Source of the DNA: Candidatus Zixiibacteriota bacterium
GTDB lineage: Bacteria > Zixibacteria > MSB-5A5 > CAIYYT01
Length of the DNA: 36,847 nucleotides
Assembly (NCBI GenBank): GCA_040235515.1
Contig: JBECKX010000101.1
Location: 1 to 36,847, forward strand
Direction: 5' to 3'
Every line of letters begins with the position of its first letter. Positions within the stretch are counted from its first letter, which is position 1. Positions 25,800 through 36,684 of the stretch are shown one piece after another. Both the position numbers and the translations under genes were made by a program. Below the pieces are notes generated by a model. It was not told the origin of the DNA. It did no database searches and saw nothing but the letters and a program-made list of their open reading frames with translations.

Positions 25800-26948
25800 G
25801 TGACTAAGTTCCTCGTCCTGGGTGCCGGACTGATGGCTCGTGCACTGATATATGATCTGGAGAAGTTCTCGAACCCTGAGAAAATCTATCTTCTCGACCG
25901 CGATCAAGCCGCGCTCGATTGGTTTTCGAGTGAGAGAATCGAGAAGCAGTGTGGGGACCTGGCGGACGAGGGTTTCGTGGCACCCTTCTTCGAGAAGGCC
26001 GATGTTGCTTGCGGGGCGGCTTCCTACAAGCTGAATGCCATGCTGGCACAGCAGGCGATCAAGCACAAGGTTCACTTCGTCGACCTCGGTGGAAACAACA
26101 GCGCTGTCGAAGCGGAGTTCGCGATGTCGGCGGATGCCGCAGCTGCGGGTGTAACGATCATTCCTGATTGCGGGCTGGCACCGGGGATGGCCAGCGTGCT
26201 GGTAGCGGCGGGCGCAGAGAAGTTCGATGAGATAAAGTCGGCAAAGATTCGGGTGGGCGGGTTACCACAGGAGCCCCAGCCACCGCTCAACTATGCTATT
26301 TTCTTTTCACCGGAAGGGCTGCTGAATGAATATCGCGAGCGTACCGTGGTTTTGCGCGAGAAGAAAATCACGCAGCTCGACAGCCTGACCGAGGGCGAAG
26401 AGCTTTCGTTCCCACCAAACTTCCCCCGGCTGGAAGCCTACCACACTTCGGGCGGGGCTTCGACACTGCCGCAGACTTTTGCGGGTCGGGTATCGTCGCT
26501 CGACTATAAGACGATCCGCTATCCCGGTCACTTCGAGAAAATCAAGCTGCTCTTTGATCTGGGACTTGCAGATGAAAGACCGGTAAGGCTGAAGAGTGGT
26601 GAGGTAGTTCCGGATGAACTTTTACGTGAATTGCTCTACCAGAAACTGCCGAAGAATGCTCCCGATGTGGTGCTGGTCTGGGTCGAGTTAGTTGGCAGCC
26701 GGGCCGGCGCCAGGAACCGGATCACTTACTACATTGAGGACTACCTTGACCGGGCCACCGGACACAGCGCCATGCAGCGCACAACCGCCTATTCAGCGGC
26801 GATAGTGATGCAGATGCTGGCGGATGGCACGATAGCGCGCCGCGGAACGCTCAGATCGGAAGAGGGCATCGATCCGACAGTCTTCCTGGGCCACCTCGAC
26901 GAACGCGGCATCGGGGTTCAGATTACCACTCAAGCGATCCGGGGTTAG
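25800..26948 (+). CDS. Saccharopine dehydrogenase family protein (lysine 6-dehydrogenase-like)
   Basis: Rossmann VLGAGLM, PDCGLAPG, VGGLPQ.P.PPLNY...FSPEGL.NEY, YKTIRYPGH, AMQRTTAY; GGAG RBS and GTG start. Confidence 0.92.
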   Translation: MTKFLVLGAGLMARALIYDLEKFSNPEKIYLLDRDQAALDWFSSERIEKQCGDLADEGFVAPFFEKADVACGAASYKLNAMLAQQAIKHKVHFVDLGGNNSAVEAEFAMSADAAAAGVTIIPDCGLAPGMASVLVAAGAEKFDEIKSAKIRVGGLPQEPQPPLNYAIFFSPEGLLNEYRERTVVLREKKITQLDSLTEGEELSFPPNFPRLEAYHTSGGASTLPQTFAGRVSSLDYKTIRYPGHFEKIKLLFDLGLADERPVRLKSGEVVPDELLRELLYQKLPKNAPDVVLVWVELVGSRAGARNRITYYIEDYLDRATGHSAMQRTTAYSAAIVMQMLADGTIARRGTLRSEEGIDPTVFLGHLDERGIGVQITTQAIRG

Positions 26949-27073
26949 CAGCGACGGCCGGCCGGTCAGACGATGGGGTCAGGACCAGAACTGTCAAAGG
27001 GGTGAACGCAGGGCGTGCTGAAGTGTACGCGTTGTGTGGGACATGCCTTCCGAGCCACTCTATGCAAGAGCGG

Positions 27074-27099
27074 TGAAACTTCCACGAGCGACCATCGTA
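27074..27099 (+). promoter_or_regulatory. SigmaW-type ECF promoter TGAAAC-N16-CGTA
   Basis: Exact match to the B. subtilis sigmaW consensus, 57 bp upstream of the adaptor gene ATG. Confidence 0.7.
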
Positions 27100-27156
27100 A
27101 CTCTATAACTGTAGCTTAAGGAATCATATCATCTATCAATACAAGGATCTAACGCA

Positions 27157-28245
27157 ATGAAGAAGATTGTCATAGGGTTAATCGTCGTTGTTGTTATAGC
27201 CGTTGTCGTGGTATTCGCGTTCGGCACCGGTGATGGCAGCAAGGATATGGGCCCGAAGGCGACACTGGTGGAGAAAGGCGAGATCGTCGAGAAGGCGATG
27301 GCGATCGGAACGATCGAACCATACCGCGAGATATTCGTCAAGTCCAAGATTTCCGGAATTGTCTCGAAGCTTTATGTGGAAGTTGGAGACAAGGTGAACA
27401 AGGGGGATTTGTTGATGGAGATATCTCCCCAGGCTACACCTTTAGAGTATACCGAAGCGAAGCGTAATGTCGACATGGCACAGATCGACTACGACAACGC
27501 CAAGACCGCCTTTGAGCGCGCAAAGGAACTCAAGGAAAAGAATCTGATCTCAGAGCAGGAATACGACGACAAGAAGGTTGCGTCGGACCAGTCAAAGATG
27601 CGCCTGAATCTTGCCAGGGAGCGGCTGGAATTGCTCGACAAGGGGTCGATCAAAAGTGGAAACATAACTGTGGAGAGCACCATCAAGGCGCCGACGACTG
27701 GCTCGGTGTTATCGCGCAACGTCAACGAGGGTGATCCGGTTGTGCCGCTGACATCATACCAGGAAGGCACGGCGCTGATCACGCTGGCGGATATGAACGA
27801 TCTGATTTTCCGTGGCACAGTGGATGAGATCGATGTCGGCAAGTTGCGCGAAGGCATGCCGGTCAAGCTGAAGATTGGCGCCCTCCCGAAGGATACGGTT
27901 CAGGGCACTCTCTACAAGATTTCTCCCAAGGCGCGCAAAGAGAACTCCGCGACGGTGTTTGACGTCGAGGTACGATTCGCCGAGGGTGATATCGGCAAAC
28001 TGCGGGCGGGATACTCGGCAACGGCCGAGATCACGATCAAGGAAGCGCGCGATATCCTGGTAATCCCAGAGCGCTACATTGACTTTCGCAACGATTCAAC
28101 TTTCGTGATGGTGCAGGACTCGCTTGGCGTCAAAGAGGAGCGGTTCGTAGAAACCGGTCTCTCCGACGGCATCACGATTGAGATCAAGAATGGGCTTGCG
28201 GAGGGGGACCAGCTCGCCGAACGCACGGTGGCCTCGACAGAATAA
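27157..28245 (+). CDS. Efflux periplasmic adaptor subunit (MFP; MacA/YknX-like)
   Basis: N-terminal TM anchor, lipoyl-like halves (VKSKISGIVSKLYVEVGDKVNKGD; IKAPTTGSV..RNVNEGD), VDEIDVG. Confidence 0.95.
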   Translation: MKKIVIGLIVVVVIAVVVVFAFGTGDGSKDMGPKATLVEKGEIVEKAMAIGTIEPYREIFVKSKISGIVSKLYVEVGDKVNKGDLLMEISPQATPLEYTEAKRNVDMAQIDYDNAKTAFERAKELKEKNLISEQEYDDKKVASDQSKMRLNLARERLELLDKGSIKSGNITVESTIKAPTTGSVLSRNVNEGDPVVPLTSYQEGTALITLADMNDLIFRGTVDEIDVGKLREGMPVKLKIGALPKDTVQGTLYKISPKARKENSATVFDVEVRFAEGDIGKLRAGYSATAEITIKEARDILVIPERYIDFRNDSTFVMVQDSLGVKEERFVETGLSDGITIEIKNGLAEGDQLAERTVASTE

Positions 28246-28266
28246 AACGATCGGAAACTGACCACC

Positions 28267-29508
28267 ATGCGACTCAGCTCAATTCGACTATACCTCAAGC
28301 AATTCCTTCATGATTTGAAGGCGCAGAAGCTTCGCACGGCATTGACACTGATCGGTCTGGCGTGGGGGACGGTCACAGTGATCTGCCTCCTCTCGTTCGG
28401 ATACGGCTTGCAGACCTATCAGGAAGAGCGGATGTCAGGGTTGGGGGATAACATCGTGATCATGTGGGCGAGCCGGACAAGCAAGCCGTACGCCGGATAC
28501 CCCAAGGGACGCTGGTTCGGGTTTCAGCCTGAGGATCCGCATATCCTGAAACAAAACATCCCTGAGATAGAGGGCGCTTCCGGCGAGTATATGCGCTGGA
28601 ACGTCGACATGCGCAACGGCCGAAAATCAAAGCTCGGGAGCATTTCGGGGATCGAACCAGATTTCGAGCATATGCGCAAGGTCTTCCCGCACGAGGGCGG
28701 ACGATTCATCAATGACAACGACATGTTCCAGAAGCGCCGAGTTTGTTTTCTGGGAAACGCCCTGCGTGACGAGTTGTTCGGTGCGGGTGTCGACCCTGTC
28801 GGACAGGTGCTGATGCTGCAGGGGATACCGTTCACCGTGATCGGTGTAATGGAGGAAAAGGAGCAGGATTCGTCTTACAGCGGACGCGACAAAGACAAGG
28901 TGTTCATCCCTGCCACTACTTTCAAGGGGATGTATGGTGATCGCTACCTCGACAACATCGTGTTCCGGGCGGCATCGCTCGAAGTACACGCCAAGGCCGT
29001 TGACCGGGTCTATGAAGTCATGGCGAAGAAGTACAAATTCGACCCGACCGACAAAGAAGCTCTCTCGATGTGGGACACGGTCGAAGGGAACGACTTCATG
29101 TTGTTCTTCGTCGTGCTGCGTTGGTTTGTGGGTTTTGTCGGTGCGATGACGCTGCTGGTGGGTGGCATCGGGTTGGCGAATATCATGTACCTGGTAGTGG
29201 AAGAGCGCACCAAGGAGATCGGCATAAAGATGGCGCTCGGCGCCAAGAAGGGCTTCGTCCTGGCTGGCTTTGTTTTCGAGACTTTCCTCCTGACCGCGAT
29301 CGGTGGCGGCGTCGGGTACATCATCGCGCAGGGTATCATCGCAGCGGCCAACACGATGGATATCGAGGATTATGTGGGCGTCCCGACACTGGCCCTCGAG
29401 GATAAGCTAATCATCATCGGTGTGCTGGGTTTGATCGGACTGGTGGCCAGTTTCTTCCCCGCCAGGCGCGCGGCCAACATGAACCCGGTCCAGGCGTTGA
29501 AGCTGTAG
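28267..29508 (+). CDS. MacB/FtsX-family ABC transporter permease
   Basis: LRTALT, GRFIN..D, GIPFTVIGV, GGIGLANIM...VEERTKEIG..MALGA, FFPARRAA.MNPVQAL. Confidence 0.95.
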   Translation: MRLSSIRLYLKQFLHDLKAQKLRTALTLIGLAWGTVTVICLLSFGYGLQTYQEERMSGLGDNIVIMWASRTSKPYAGYPKGRWFGFQPEDPHILKQNIPEIEGASGEYMRWNVDMRNGRKSKLGSISGIEPDFEHMRKVFPHEGGRFINDNDMFQKRRVCFLGNALRDELFGAGVDPVGQVLMLQGIPFTVIGVMEEKEQDSSYSGRDKDKVFIPATTFKGMYGDRYLDNIVFRAASLEVHAKAVDRVYEVMAKKYKFDPTDKEALSMWDTVEGNDFMLFFVVLRWFVGFVGAMTLLVGGIGLANIMYLVVEERTKEIGIKMALGAKKGFVLAGFVFETFLLTAIGGGVGYIIAQGIIAAANTMDIEDYVGVPTLALEDKLIIIGVLGLIGLVASFFPARRAANMNPVQALKL

Positions 29509-29519
29509 GTGCTGCTGCC

Positions 29520-30770
29520 ATGATGAATTCCCTCCTCTTCGTAAGATTATTCTGGCGCGATCTTAAGGCGAACAAGAAGCGTATGTCTTTGACACTGATT
29601 GCCGTGTTCTGGGGGACGCTTTCGATCGTGCTGTTGCTGGCCTTCGGTGAAGGGCTTAAGGATCGATTGGTTGAGAACGGAAAGGGACTGGGTGAAGGGA
29701 TAATCATCGTCTGGGGTGGGCAGACGACGATCCCGTATGAAGGTCTCGGCAAGGGGCGGCGCATCAGGTTCTACCCGGAGGATTTGATGGAGTTGAAGAA
29801 GCAGATTCCGGAAATCGAGCAGGTCGGCGCAGACTACTTCAACTGGGGCACATCGTTGACTTATGAAAAAACTACGGTATCGAATCGGGTCAACGGGTTG
29901 TTCCCGAGTTTCGAGACGATGCGGGCGCACTACCCGATGCCGGGCGGGAGGATGATCAACGAACTTGACATGGAGAAGCGTCGCCGGGTGACGTTCCTCG
30001 GTGATCGGCTGGCAGAGAGCTTGTTCGGCACGGAGGATCCGGTCGGTAAGACGATCAAGATCGACAATATTCCGTTCACGGTGGTGGGCGTACAAAAGAA
30101 GAAACAGCAGATGGGATCTTACAGCGGTCCTGATGATAACAAGGCATCGATCCCCGCCACGACGTTCTCGGCGATCTGGGGAAACCTGCGCTATAACAAC
30201 ATCGTGGTGCAGCCGCGTGACCTCAAGCAGGCTGAATATGTAAAGCAGCGGATGTATGAAGTCATCGGAAAGAGACAGAAGTTTGATCCTTCCGACAAGG
30301 CGGCGCTGTCGATCTGGGATGTTATCAAGCAACAGGAGCAGATGGCAGCGATGATGCTCGGTCTGCAAATTTTCTTCGGCATCATGGGGTTCTTTTCTCT
30401 CTCGATTGCAGGGATCGGCGTCGCAAACATCATGTATGCCGCGATCAAGGAACGAACGGTGGAGATTGGTGTGAAGATGGCGCTTGGTGCGAAGAAACGT
30501 CAGATCATGGGACAGTTCATTCTCGAGGCAATCCTGATTTGTGGCATCGGCGGATTCATCGGGATTCTGATATCTCAGGGCATCTGTAGCGGCTACCAGC
30601 GGATCGACACCGGGATTGAGGCGATCTCGTGGCTGGGCAAGCCAACGATCTCGATGACGATCGCATTTGTGACCGTCGGAATCCTGGCGGCGATTGGCCT
30701 GGTGTCGGGTTTCTTCCCCGCGCGCAGAGCGGCGTCCGTTAACCCGGTGGAGTCGTTGCGCTATGAATAG
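29520..30770 (+). CDS. MacB/FtsX-family ABC transporter permease (second paralog)
   Basis: Same motif set (GRMIN, IPFTVVGV, GIGVANIM..IKERT.EIG, FFPARRAASVNPVESLRYE). Confidence 0.95.
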   Translation: MMNSLLFVRLFWRDLKANKKRMSLTLIAVFWGTLSIVLLLAFGEGLKDRLVENGKGLGEGIIIVWGGQTTIPYEGLGKGRRIRFYPEDLMELKKQIPEIEQVGADYFNWGTSLTYEKTTVSNRVNGLFPSFETMRAHYPMPGGRMINELDMEKRRRVTFLGDRLAESLFGTEDPVGKTIKIDNIPFTVVGVQKKKQQMGSYSGPDDNKASIPATTFSAIWGNLRYNNIVVQPRDLKQAEYVKQRMYEVIGKRQKFDPSDKAALSIWDVIKQQEQMAAMMLGLQIFFGIMGFFSLSIAGIGVANIMYAAIKERTVEIGVKMALGAKKRQIMGQFILEAILICGIGGFIGILISQGICSGYQRIDTGIEAISWLGKPTISMTIAFVTVGILAAIGLVSGFFPARRAASVNPVESLRYE

Positions 30771-30824
30771 TGTCCCGATCCGGAGTTTTGAGTTTTCATC
30801 CTGTATCAACCAGGAGTTTGCGAT

Positions 30825-31568
<744 letters not shown>

Positions 31569-31673
31569 CAAGATCACGCCAGCCTGAAATTTAGAGCCGT
31601 TGCCGCAGAACCGGCCAACAATTCCGGCGCGAGTTCAGTATCCAATTTTGTAAACCGTGTTGTTAAGAGGTAC

Positions 31674-31703
31674 GGGGTGGTTCTCAGGAATCACCCCTAT
31701 CTT
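31674..31703 (+). terminator. Putative intrinsic terminator after the ABC operon
   Basis: 10-bp stem GGGGTGGTTC/GAATCACCCC with a TCAG loop, followed by a weak tail TATCTT. Confidence 0.55.
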
Positions 31704-31827
31704 GTCTCCGTTCTTGTATCCCTCCTGCTGCGCCCCCGGCCCGGTGCCGGCGATCAGTAACACAGAGTAGAATCATACAGAGCAGAATTATCTTGTCGAA
31801 GGTCAAACAGGCTTTAAGGTTGAAGCT

Positions 31828-32739
31828 ATGTTGTCGTTTCCAAACAGGGTTCATGTTGCGAGTCGCGCCGATAAATCATTGAGGCTTGCGACCTTTGAAC
31901 GAACGCCGAAACTCACATTGACCATGATGCGGCAGATCGCACTTGATGGTGACCTCGGGGGTCCGCTTGCGGAGGTCGAGGCGGGACTGCTGCTGTATCT
32001 GCTCACGCCCGATGAATTTAGCCGCAAGAACATCGAGTTTGCTTCCGACTTCCGCCTTGATGTCGACCCGGCACACATCTGCTGGGAGATCGAACGTCGC
32101 TCAGTGGAACCGTTCCACAAGTTCCGCTATAACCTGCTGCCGCTGTCGGGGAGCTATTCCCGCAACTCGCTGGCCGTATTTGCAGTCAGCGATGAGCTGC
32201 AGTTGCAGCTTGGCGAGTTGTTCAAGGGAAGCTCTCTGATCCCCCATCGGCTGGTATTCAAGCCGGTCGCGCTTCACAATGCATTGAAGGATGCGGTGGA
32301 TGAACAATACAGCGTGGTGATAGTCGGCTCACCAAAGCGGGTGGACCTGTTGTTCTACCAAAAGCAGAAGCTGGTCGAGTTGCGCACGCTGAAGTATGAC
32401 CTCTCGGTTATGAGTGAACTCATCCAGTTCGTGGATGATGTCGGAACTCTGGCGGCGACTTTGTTCAGCGGAGTCAGGCTAAATCAGCATCTATCGCTCC
32501 AGATCGCGGGTGTTTCGCAGGCACAGGTTATTGAGGAGAGGTTCTCGCTGCAATTACCATACCGTATAGATGCCGGACGCCTGCCGATCGCGAGGATTTG
32601 CGATGTTGCGGAGAGTTGCGCAGCTGCCGCCGAGAACAGTCAACTGGAGTCGAACTTCGACCTGGCCGTTGTTGCCAGCGCCTTTACTGAAACAGAGCCA
32701 TGCGAATCATTGCCGGTGAAAAACGCGGCTTCCCCCTAA
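31828..32739 (+). CDS. Hypothetical protein, divergent PilM/DUF3822-like (actin-like fold)
   Basis: ICWEIERRSVEP..KFRY, VFAV, L.P.RL...PVALHNA, LLFYQ...L...RTL follow the PilM pattern; overlaps the rsmD start by 40 bp. Confidence 0.55.
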   Translation: MLSFPNRVHVASRADKSLRLATFERTPKLTLTMMRQIALDGDLGGPLAEVEAGLLLYLLTPDEFSRKNIEFASDFRLDVDPAHICWEIERRSVEPFHKFRYNLLPLSGSYSRNSLAVFAVSDELQLQLGELFKGSSLIPHRLVFKPVALHNALKDAVDEQYSVVIVGSPKRVDLLFYQKQKLVELRTLKYDLSVMSELIQFVDDVGTLAATLFSGVRLNQHLSLQIAGVSQAQVIEERFSLQLPYRIDAGRLPIARICDVAESCAAAAENSQLESNFDLAVVASAFTETEPCESLPVKNAASP

Positions 32740-33251
32740 AGACGATCAAGCGTGCCGGTTTCCGTCCGACTCTCGATCGCGTCAAGGAGTCACTCTTCGG
32801 AACGTTGACGCCGCACCTCAGCGACGCGCGGGTGCTTGACCTGTTCGCGGGCTCGGGTGCGTTGAGCCTCGAATCGCTCTCACGCGGAGCGGCTGAAGCG
32901 TTGCTGTTCGAGCATGATATTCAGGCCGTCAGGGTCATCGAGGAGAATATCGCAGCGCTTGGCTACCAGGATCGCTGCCGGGTGGTCCATGGCGACTTCA
33001 CGCTTGCCGGAAAAAGGGTTGCGCCGACTGTGCGATTTGATTTAGTTTTCGCCGATCCGCCCTACGAGCGCGGGTATATCGACAAATTGTTGGGTCATAT
33101 TCGCAGTGTCAACCTGATGCATGACGAGAGTCTGCTGATCATTGAGATGGGGCGGAAAGAGTCAGAAGAGCTGAACCTTGACGGGTTTGAGCTGCTGCGC
33201 GACAAGAAATTTGGCAATACTCTAATCTGGTTTCTGCGCAAGCTGGTCTGA
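32700..33251 (+). CDS. rsmD: 16S rRNA (guanine(966)-N2)-methyltransferase
   Basis: MRIIAG..RG, RPT.DRVKESLF, VLDLFAGSGALSLESLSRGA, FADPPY. Confidence 0.97.
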   Translation: MRIIAGEKRGFPLKTIKRAGFRPTLDRVKESLFGTLTPHLSDARVLDLFAGSGALSLESLSRGAAEALLFEHDIQAVRVIEENIAALGYQDRCRVVHGDFTLAGKRVAPTVRFDLVFADPPYERGYIDKLLGHIRSVNLMHDESLLIIEMGRKESEELNLDGFELLRDKKFGNTLIWFLRKLV

Positions 33252-33262
33252 GAGAAGGTCTG

Positions 33263-33769
33263 ATGTCGGAAGAGGTAAACAAGCTGAGACGCGCCGTATA
33301 TCCGGGTAGTTTTGACCCGATCACGAACGGGCATTTGGATCTGGTGAAGCGCGCTGCGACGCTGTTCGATGAGGTGTTGGTGGCGATCGCAGACAACTCG
33401 TCGAAGACAGCGCTGTTTTCGCATGATGAGCGCCGGGCGATGGCCGAGGCGGCGATCGCAGATATTCCGAACGCCAGAGTGATCGTGTTTCGCGGCCTGC
33501 TGGCGCACCTGGTGGAGCGCGAGGATTGTATCGCCATTATTCGCGGCCTGCGCGCCGTAAGTGACTTTGAGTATGAGTTTCAACTGGCGTTGATGAACCG
33601 CAAAATGTCGCGTCACGCGGAAACGGTTTTCCTGATGCCGTCGTTGCGTTACGTGTACCTGAGCTCGAATCTGATCAAGGAAGTCGCGAAGCACCATGGT
33701 GAAATCGATGACCTTGTACCGGATGCGGTACTGCAGAAGCTTCGTGAGCGATTCGGAGATGGGAAGTAA
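33263..33769 (+). CDS. coaD: Pantetheine-phosphate adenylyltransferase
   Basis: AVYPGSFDPITNGHLD, RGLRAVSDFEYE.Q.A.MNR, SS..IKE. Confidence 0.98.
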   Translation: MSEEVNKLRRAVYPGSFDPITNGHLDLVKRAATLFDEVLVAIADNSSKTALFSHDERRAMAEAAIADIPNARVIVFRGLLAHLVEREDCIAIIRGLRAVSDFEYEFQLALMNRKMSRHAETVFLMPSLRYVYLSSNLIKEVAKHHGEIDDLVPDAVLQKLRERFGDGK

Positions 33770-33800
33770 CCCGCACCGGATCCGCCGCTGAGTCGAACAA

Positions 33801-35294
33801 ATGTTGGAGGAATCTTTGAGCGAGAGCAAGACAGAGCAAACATCGGATCAGTTCCAGGTAAGACTTCAAAAGCTCCAGAACCTGCGTGAGGCGGGCATCG
33901 AGCCGTTTGCTTACAAATTCGAGAAGACCCACCACGCACAGGAGTTGCTGGAGAACTACGACAACCTCGCCGACGAGGGAGCCGTGGTCGCGGTTGCCGG
34001 CCGACTGATGACGGTGCGCGTGATGGGTAAGTCGATTTTTGCTCATCTGCAGGATGACTCCGGCCAGATACAGATCTATGTGAAGAAGGATGCCGTGCCC
34101 GAGGAACAATTCAAGCTGTTCAAGAAGGCCGACATCGGCGACATCTACGGGGTGCATGGAACACTGTTCACGACAAAGATGGGCGAGAAGTCGATCCAGG
34201 TGTCGGAATTGCGTATCCTCGCCAAGAGCCTGCGCCCCCTGCCTGAGAAGTTCCATGGATTGCAGGACAAAGAGGCACGCTATCGTCGGCGCTACCTCGA
34301 TCTGATCACCAACCCTGATGTCAAGGAAGTCTTCCGCAAGCGAAGCCTCGTTATCAGGGCTGTGCGGGATTTTCTCGACAACGAGGGATTCATCGAGGTT
34401 GAGACTCCGGTACTGCAGCCGATCTATGGCGGTGCGGCGGCCAGGCCGTTTACGACGCACCACAACAAACTGGACATGACCCTCTACCTGCGAATCGCGG
34501 ACGAGCTTTATCTCAAGCGCCTCATCGTGGGCGGGTTCGAGAAGGTGTGGGAGTTCTGCAAGGACTTCCGCAACGAGGGACTCGACCGCAGCCACAACCC
34601 CGAGTTCACGATGGTGGAACTTTACTGGGCGTATGCTGACTACAACGATGTGATGGCACTGTATGAGAGGATGCTGAAGCATGTGGCTATGCAGGTGCAT
34701 GGTTCGCTCAAGATCACGTTCGACGGTAACGACATCGACCTCGACGGTGAATGGCCGCGCGTCAGCCTGCTCGGGGCGATTTCCGAGGCCGTTGGGGAGG
34801 ATATCTCGCAGATGAGCGAGAGCCAGTTGCGTGAGCTGTGCAAGCGTGTCGGTGTTGATCAGGAGGGGCTGGTGGGACGCGGAAAGTTGATAGATGAGTT
34901 ATTCAGTGAGAAAGTTGAGCCGGGATTGATTCAACCGACCTTCATCATAGATTACCCCAAGGAACTCTCCCCGCTGGCGAAGCCGCACCGCAGCAAGCCT
35001 GGCCTGACGGAGCGCTTTGAGGTCTTCATCGGTGGGATGGAGATGGGGAACGCCTTCAGCGAGTTAAACGACCCGATCGATCAGAAAGAGCGCTTCCTGG
35101 CTTCGATCGAAATGGCGAAGGCGGGTGATGACGAATCACCGGCGATCCTGGACGAGGACTACATTTTCTGCCTCGAGCACGGCATGCCCCCGACCGGCGG
35201 GTTAGGATTCGGCATCGACCGGATGGCGATGTTGCTGCTCGATCAGCATTCGATCCGCGATGTGATCTTGTTTCCGCAGATGAAACCGGAGTAG
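33801..35294 (+). CDS. lysS: Lysine--tRNA ligase (class II)
   Basis: PLPEKFHGL.D.E.RYR.RYLDLI, GGAAARPF.THHN, LRIADELYLKRL, FRNEG..R.HNPEFT, GMPPTGG.G.GIDR; alternative TTG start at 33816. Confidence 0.98.
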   Translation: MLEESLSESKTEQTSDQFQVRLQKLQNLREAGIEPFAYKFEKTHHAQELLENYDNLADEGAVVAVAGRLMTVRVMGKSIFAHLQDDSGQIQIYVKKDAVPEEQFKLFKKADIGDIYGVHGTLFTTKMGEKSIQVSELRILAKSLRPLPEKFHGLQDKEARYRRRYLDLITNPDVKEVFRKRSLVIRAVRDFLDNEGFIEVETPVLQPIYGGAAARPFTTHHNKLDMTLYLRIADELYLKRLIVGGFEKVWEFCKDFRNEGLDRSHNPEFTMVELYWAYADYNDVMALYERMLKHVAMQVHGSLKITFDGNDIDLDGEWPRVSLLGAISEAVGEDISQMSESQLRELCKRVGVDQEGLVGRGKLIDELFSEKVEPGLIQPTFIIDYPKELSPLAKPHRSKPGLTERFEVFIGGMEMGNAFSELNDPIDQKERFLASIEMAKAGDDESPAILDEDYIFCLEHGMPPTGGLGFGIDRMAMLLLDQHSIRDVILFPQMKPE

Positions 35295-35300
35295 CCGCCT

Positions 35301-36533
35301 GTGGCATTTGAGACATTCATTGCCGGTCGATATCTCAGGAGCCGCCGGCGTGAATACTTCATCTCCTTTATTTCCTTCATATCGATAGCGGGCCTGACGA
35401 TTGGAGTGGCTGCGCTGAACTTCGTCACGGCGATGATGAATGGTTTCGAGACCGAAGTGCGACAGCGCATCATCGACACCACCGCTCATATCACTGTCTA
35501 CAGCTATGCCAATGGAGGTGAGGGGATTCATGACTGGCAGGCGCTGGCTGACAGAGTCAGCCAGGTGGAGGATGTCGTGGCGGTTGCGCCGAACGTCTTT
35601 TACAAATCGGTGATCGGATCGGATGACGCCAACGACGGCATTTTCGTCAAGGGGATCATCCCTGACTGGGAAGAAACCGTCTCGCAGCTGAAGCAGAATA
35701 TCGTCTCGGGACATCTGTTCCTCGAAGAGACCGCCGACAGTTTGCCGGGGATCGTGATCGGGCAAGGTCTGGCTTCGACCCTCGGAGTGCGAGTTGGATC
35801 GCAGGTCATACTGGCGTCATTGAAGCAAAAGAAAATGACGCTGACTATCCAGCCGAAATACAAGAAGTTTGAGGTGACCGGGATCTTCGAAACCGGGATG
35901 AACGAGTACGACGGTAACCTGGCCTACATTTCCCTGGCGCATGCGCAGGACCTGTTCAAGCTGGAGGGGCTGGTCACGGGGCTGCAGGTGAAGATCAGAG
36001 ATTTTTACCAGTCGAATGAGGTGGCGCGAAAAATCGAGGAAGCGCTCGGACAACCTTATTATGCCGTGGATTGGTCTGAACGTCATAAGAATCTTTTCAG
36101 CTGGTTCAAGCTGGAAAAGTACGGCATGGCGATCGTCGTTGGGTTGATCATAACTGTCGCCGCGTTCAACATCATCACGACTCTAATCATGCTGGTTCTG
36201 GAGAAGAGAAAAGATATCGCGATTTTAAAATCGATGGGCTGTAACCGTAAGCAGATCATGAAGATATTCATGCTCCAGGGGACGCTGCTGGGAGCCGTTG
36301 GAACCTTGTCCGGTACAATAGTCGGGTTTCTGCTATGCTGGTTGCAGCAGACATTCAACATAGTGGCGTTACCCTCGGAGATATACTTTATCAACAGCCT
36401 GCCGATCGACATGCGCTGGCATGAGTTCGCGATTGTGGCTTCGGCGAGCATACTGATATCGTATCTGGCAACCCTCTACCCGTCGCGGCGCGCAGCACAG
36501 CTTTACCCGGCGGAGATATTGCGGCATGGATAG
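35301..36533 (+). CDS. Lipoprotein-releasing ABC transporter permease (LolC/E/F family)
   Basis: FIA.RYL, GVAAL..V.AMMNGF, VAAFNIITTL.M.V.EK..DIAILKSMG, IYFI..LP, ATLYPSRRAA. Confidence 0.95.
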   Translation: MAFETFIAGRYLRSRRREYFISFISFISIAGLTIGVAALNFVTAMMNGFETEVRQRIIDTTAHITVYSYANGGEGIHDWQALADRVSQVEDVVAVAPNVFYKSVIGSDDANDGIFVKGIIPDWEETVSQLKQNIVSGHLFLEETADSLPGIVIGQGLASTLGVRVGSQVILASLKQKKMTLTIQPKYKKFEVTGIFETGMNEYDGNLAYISLAHAQDLFKLEGLVTGLQVKIRDFYQSNEVARKIEEALGQPYYAVDWSERHKNLFSWFKLEKYGMAIVVGLIITVAAFNIITTLIMLVLEKRKDIAILKSMGCNRKQIMKIFMLQGTLLGAVGTLSGTIVGFLLCWLQQTFNIVALPSEIYFINSLPIDMRWHEFAIVASASILISYLATLYPSRRAAQLYPAEILRHG

Positions 36534-36684
36534 GCCCGAGTGGACCGGGCGTGGTTTCGGCGAGGTTGATTTGTCGATAAGTTTTTCGCACATTTGAGGT
36601 TAAGTAATTCAGTAAACAGGGCGACAAAGTAGACAGGTACTTGTCTGATTTGATGACAACCTGAGAAGTGCAGCAGAGAAAGCG

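Noticed and set aside
33675..34700. 341-aa antisense ORF over lysS, and similar ORFs at 4502..5089, 7048..7710, 10317..11171 and 14420..15193
   Set aside because: All lie opposite confidently identified genes and reflect codon bias
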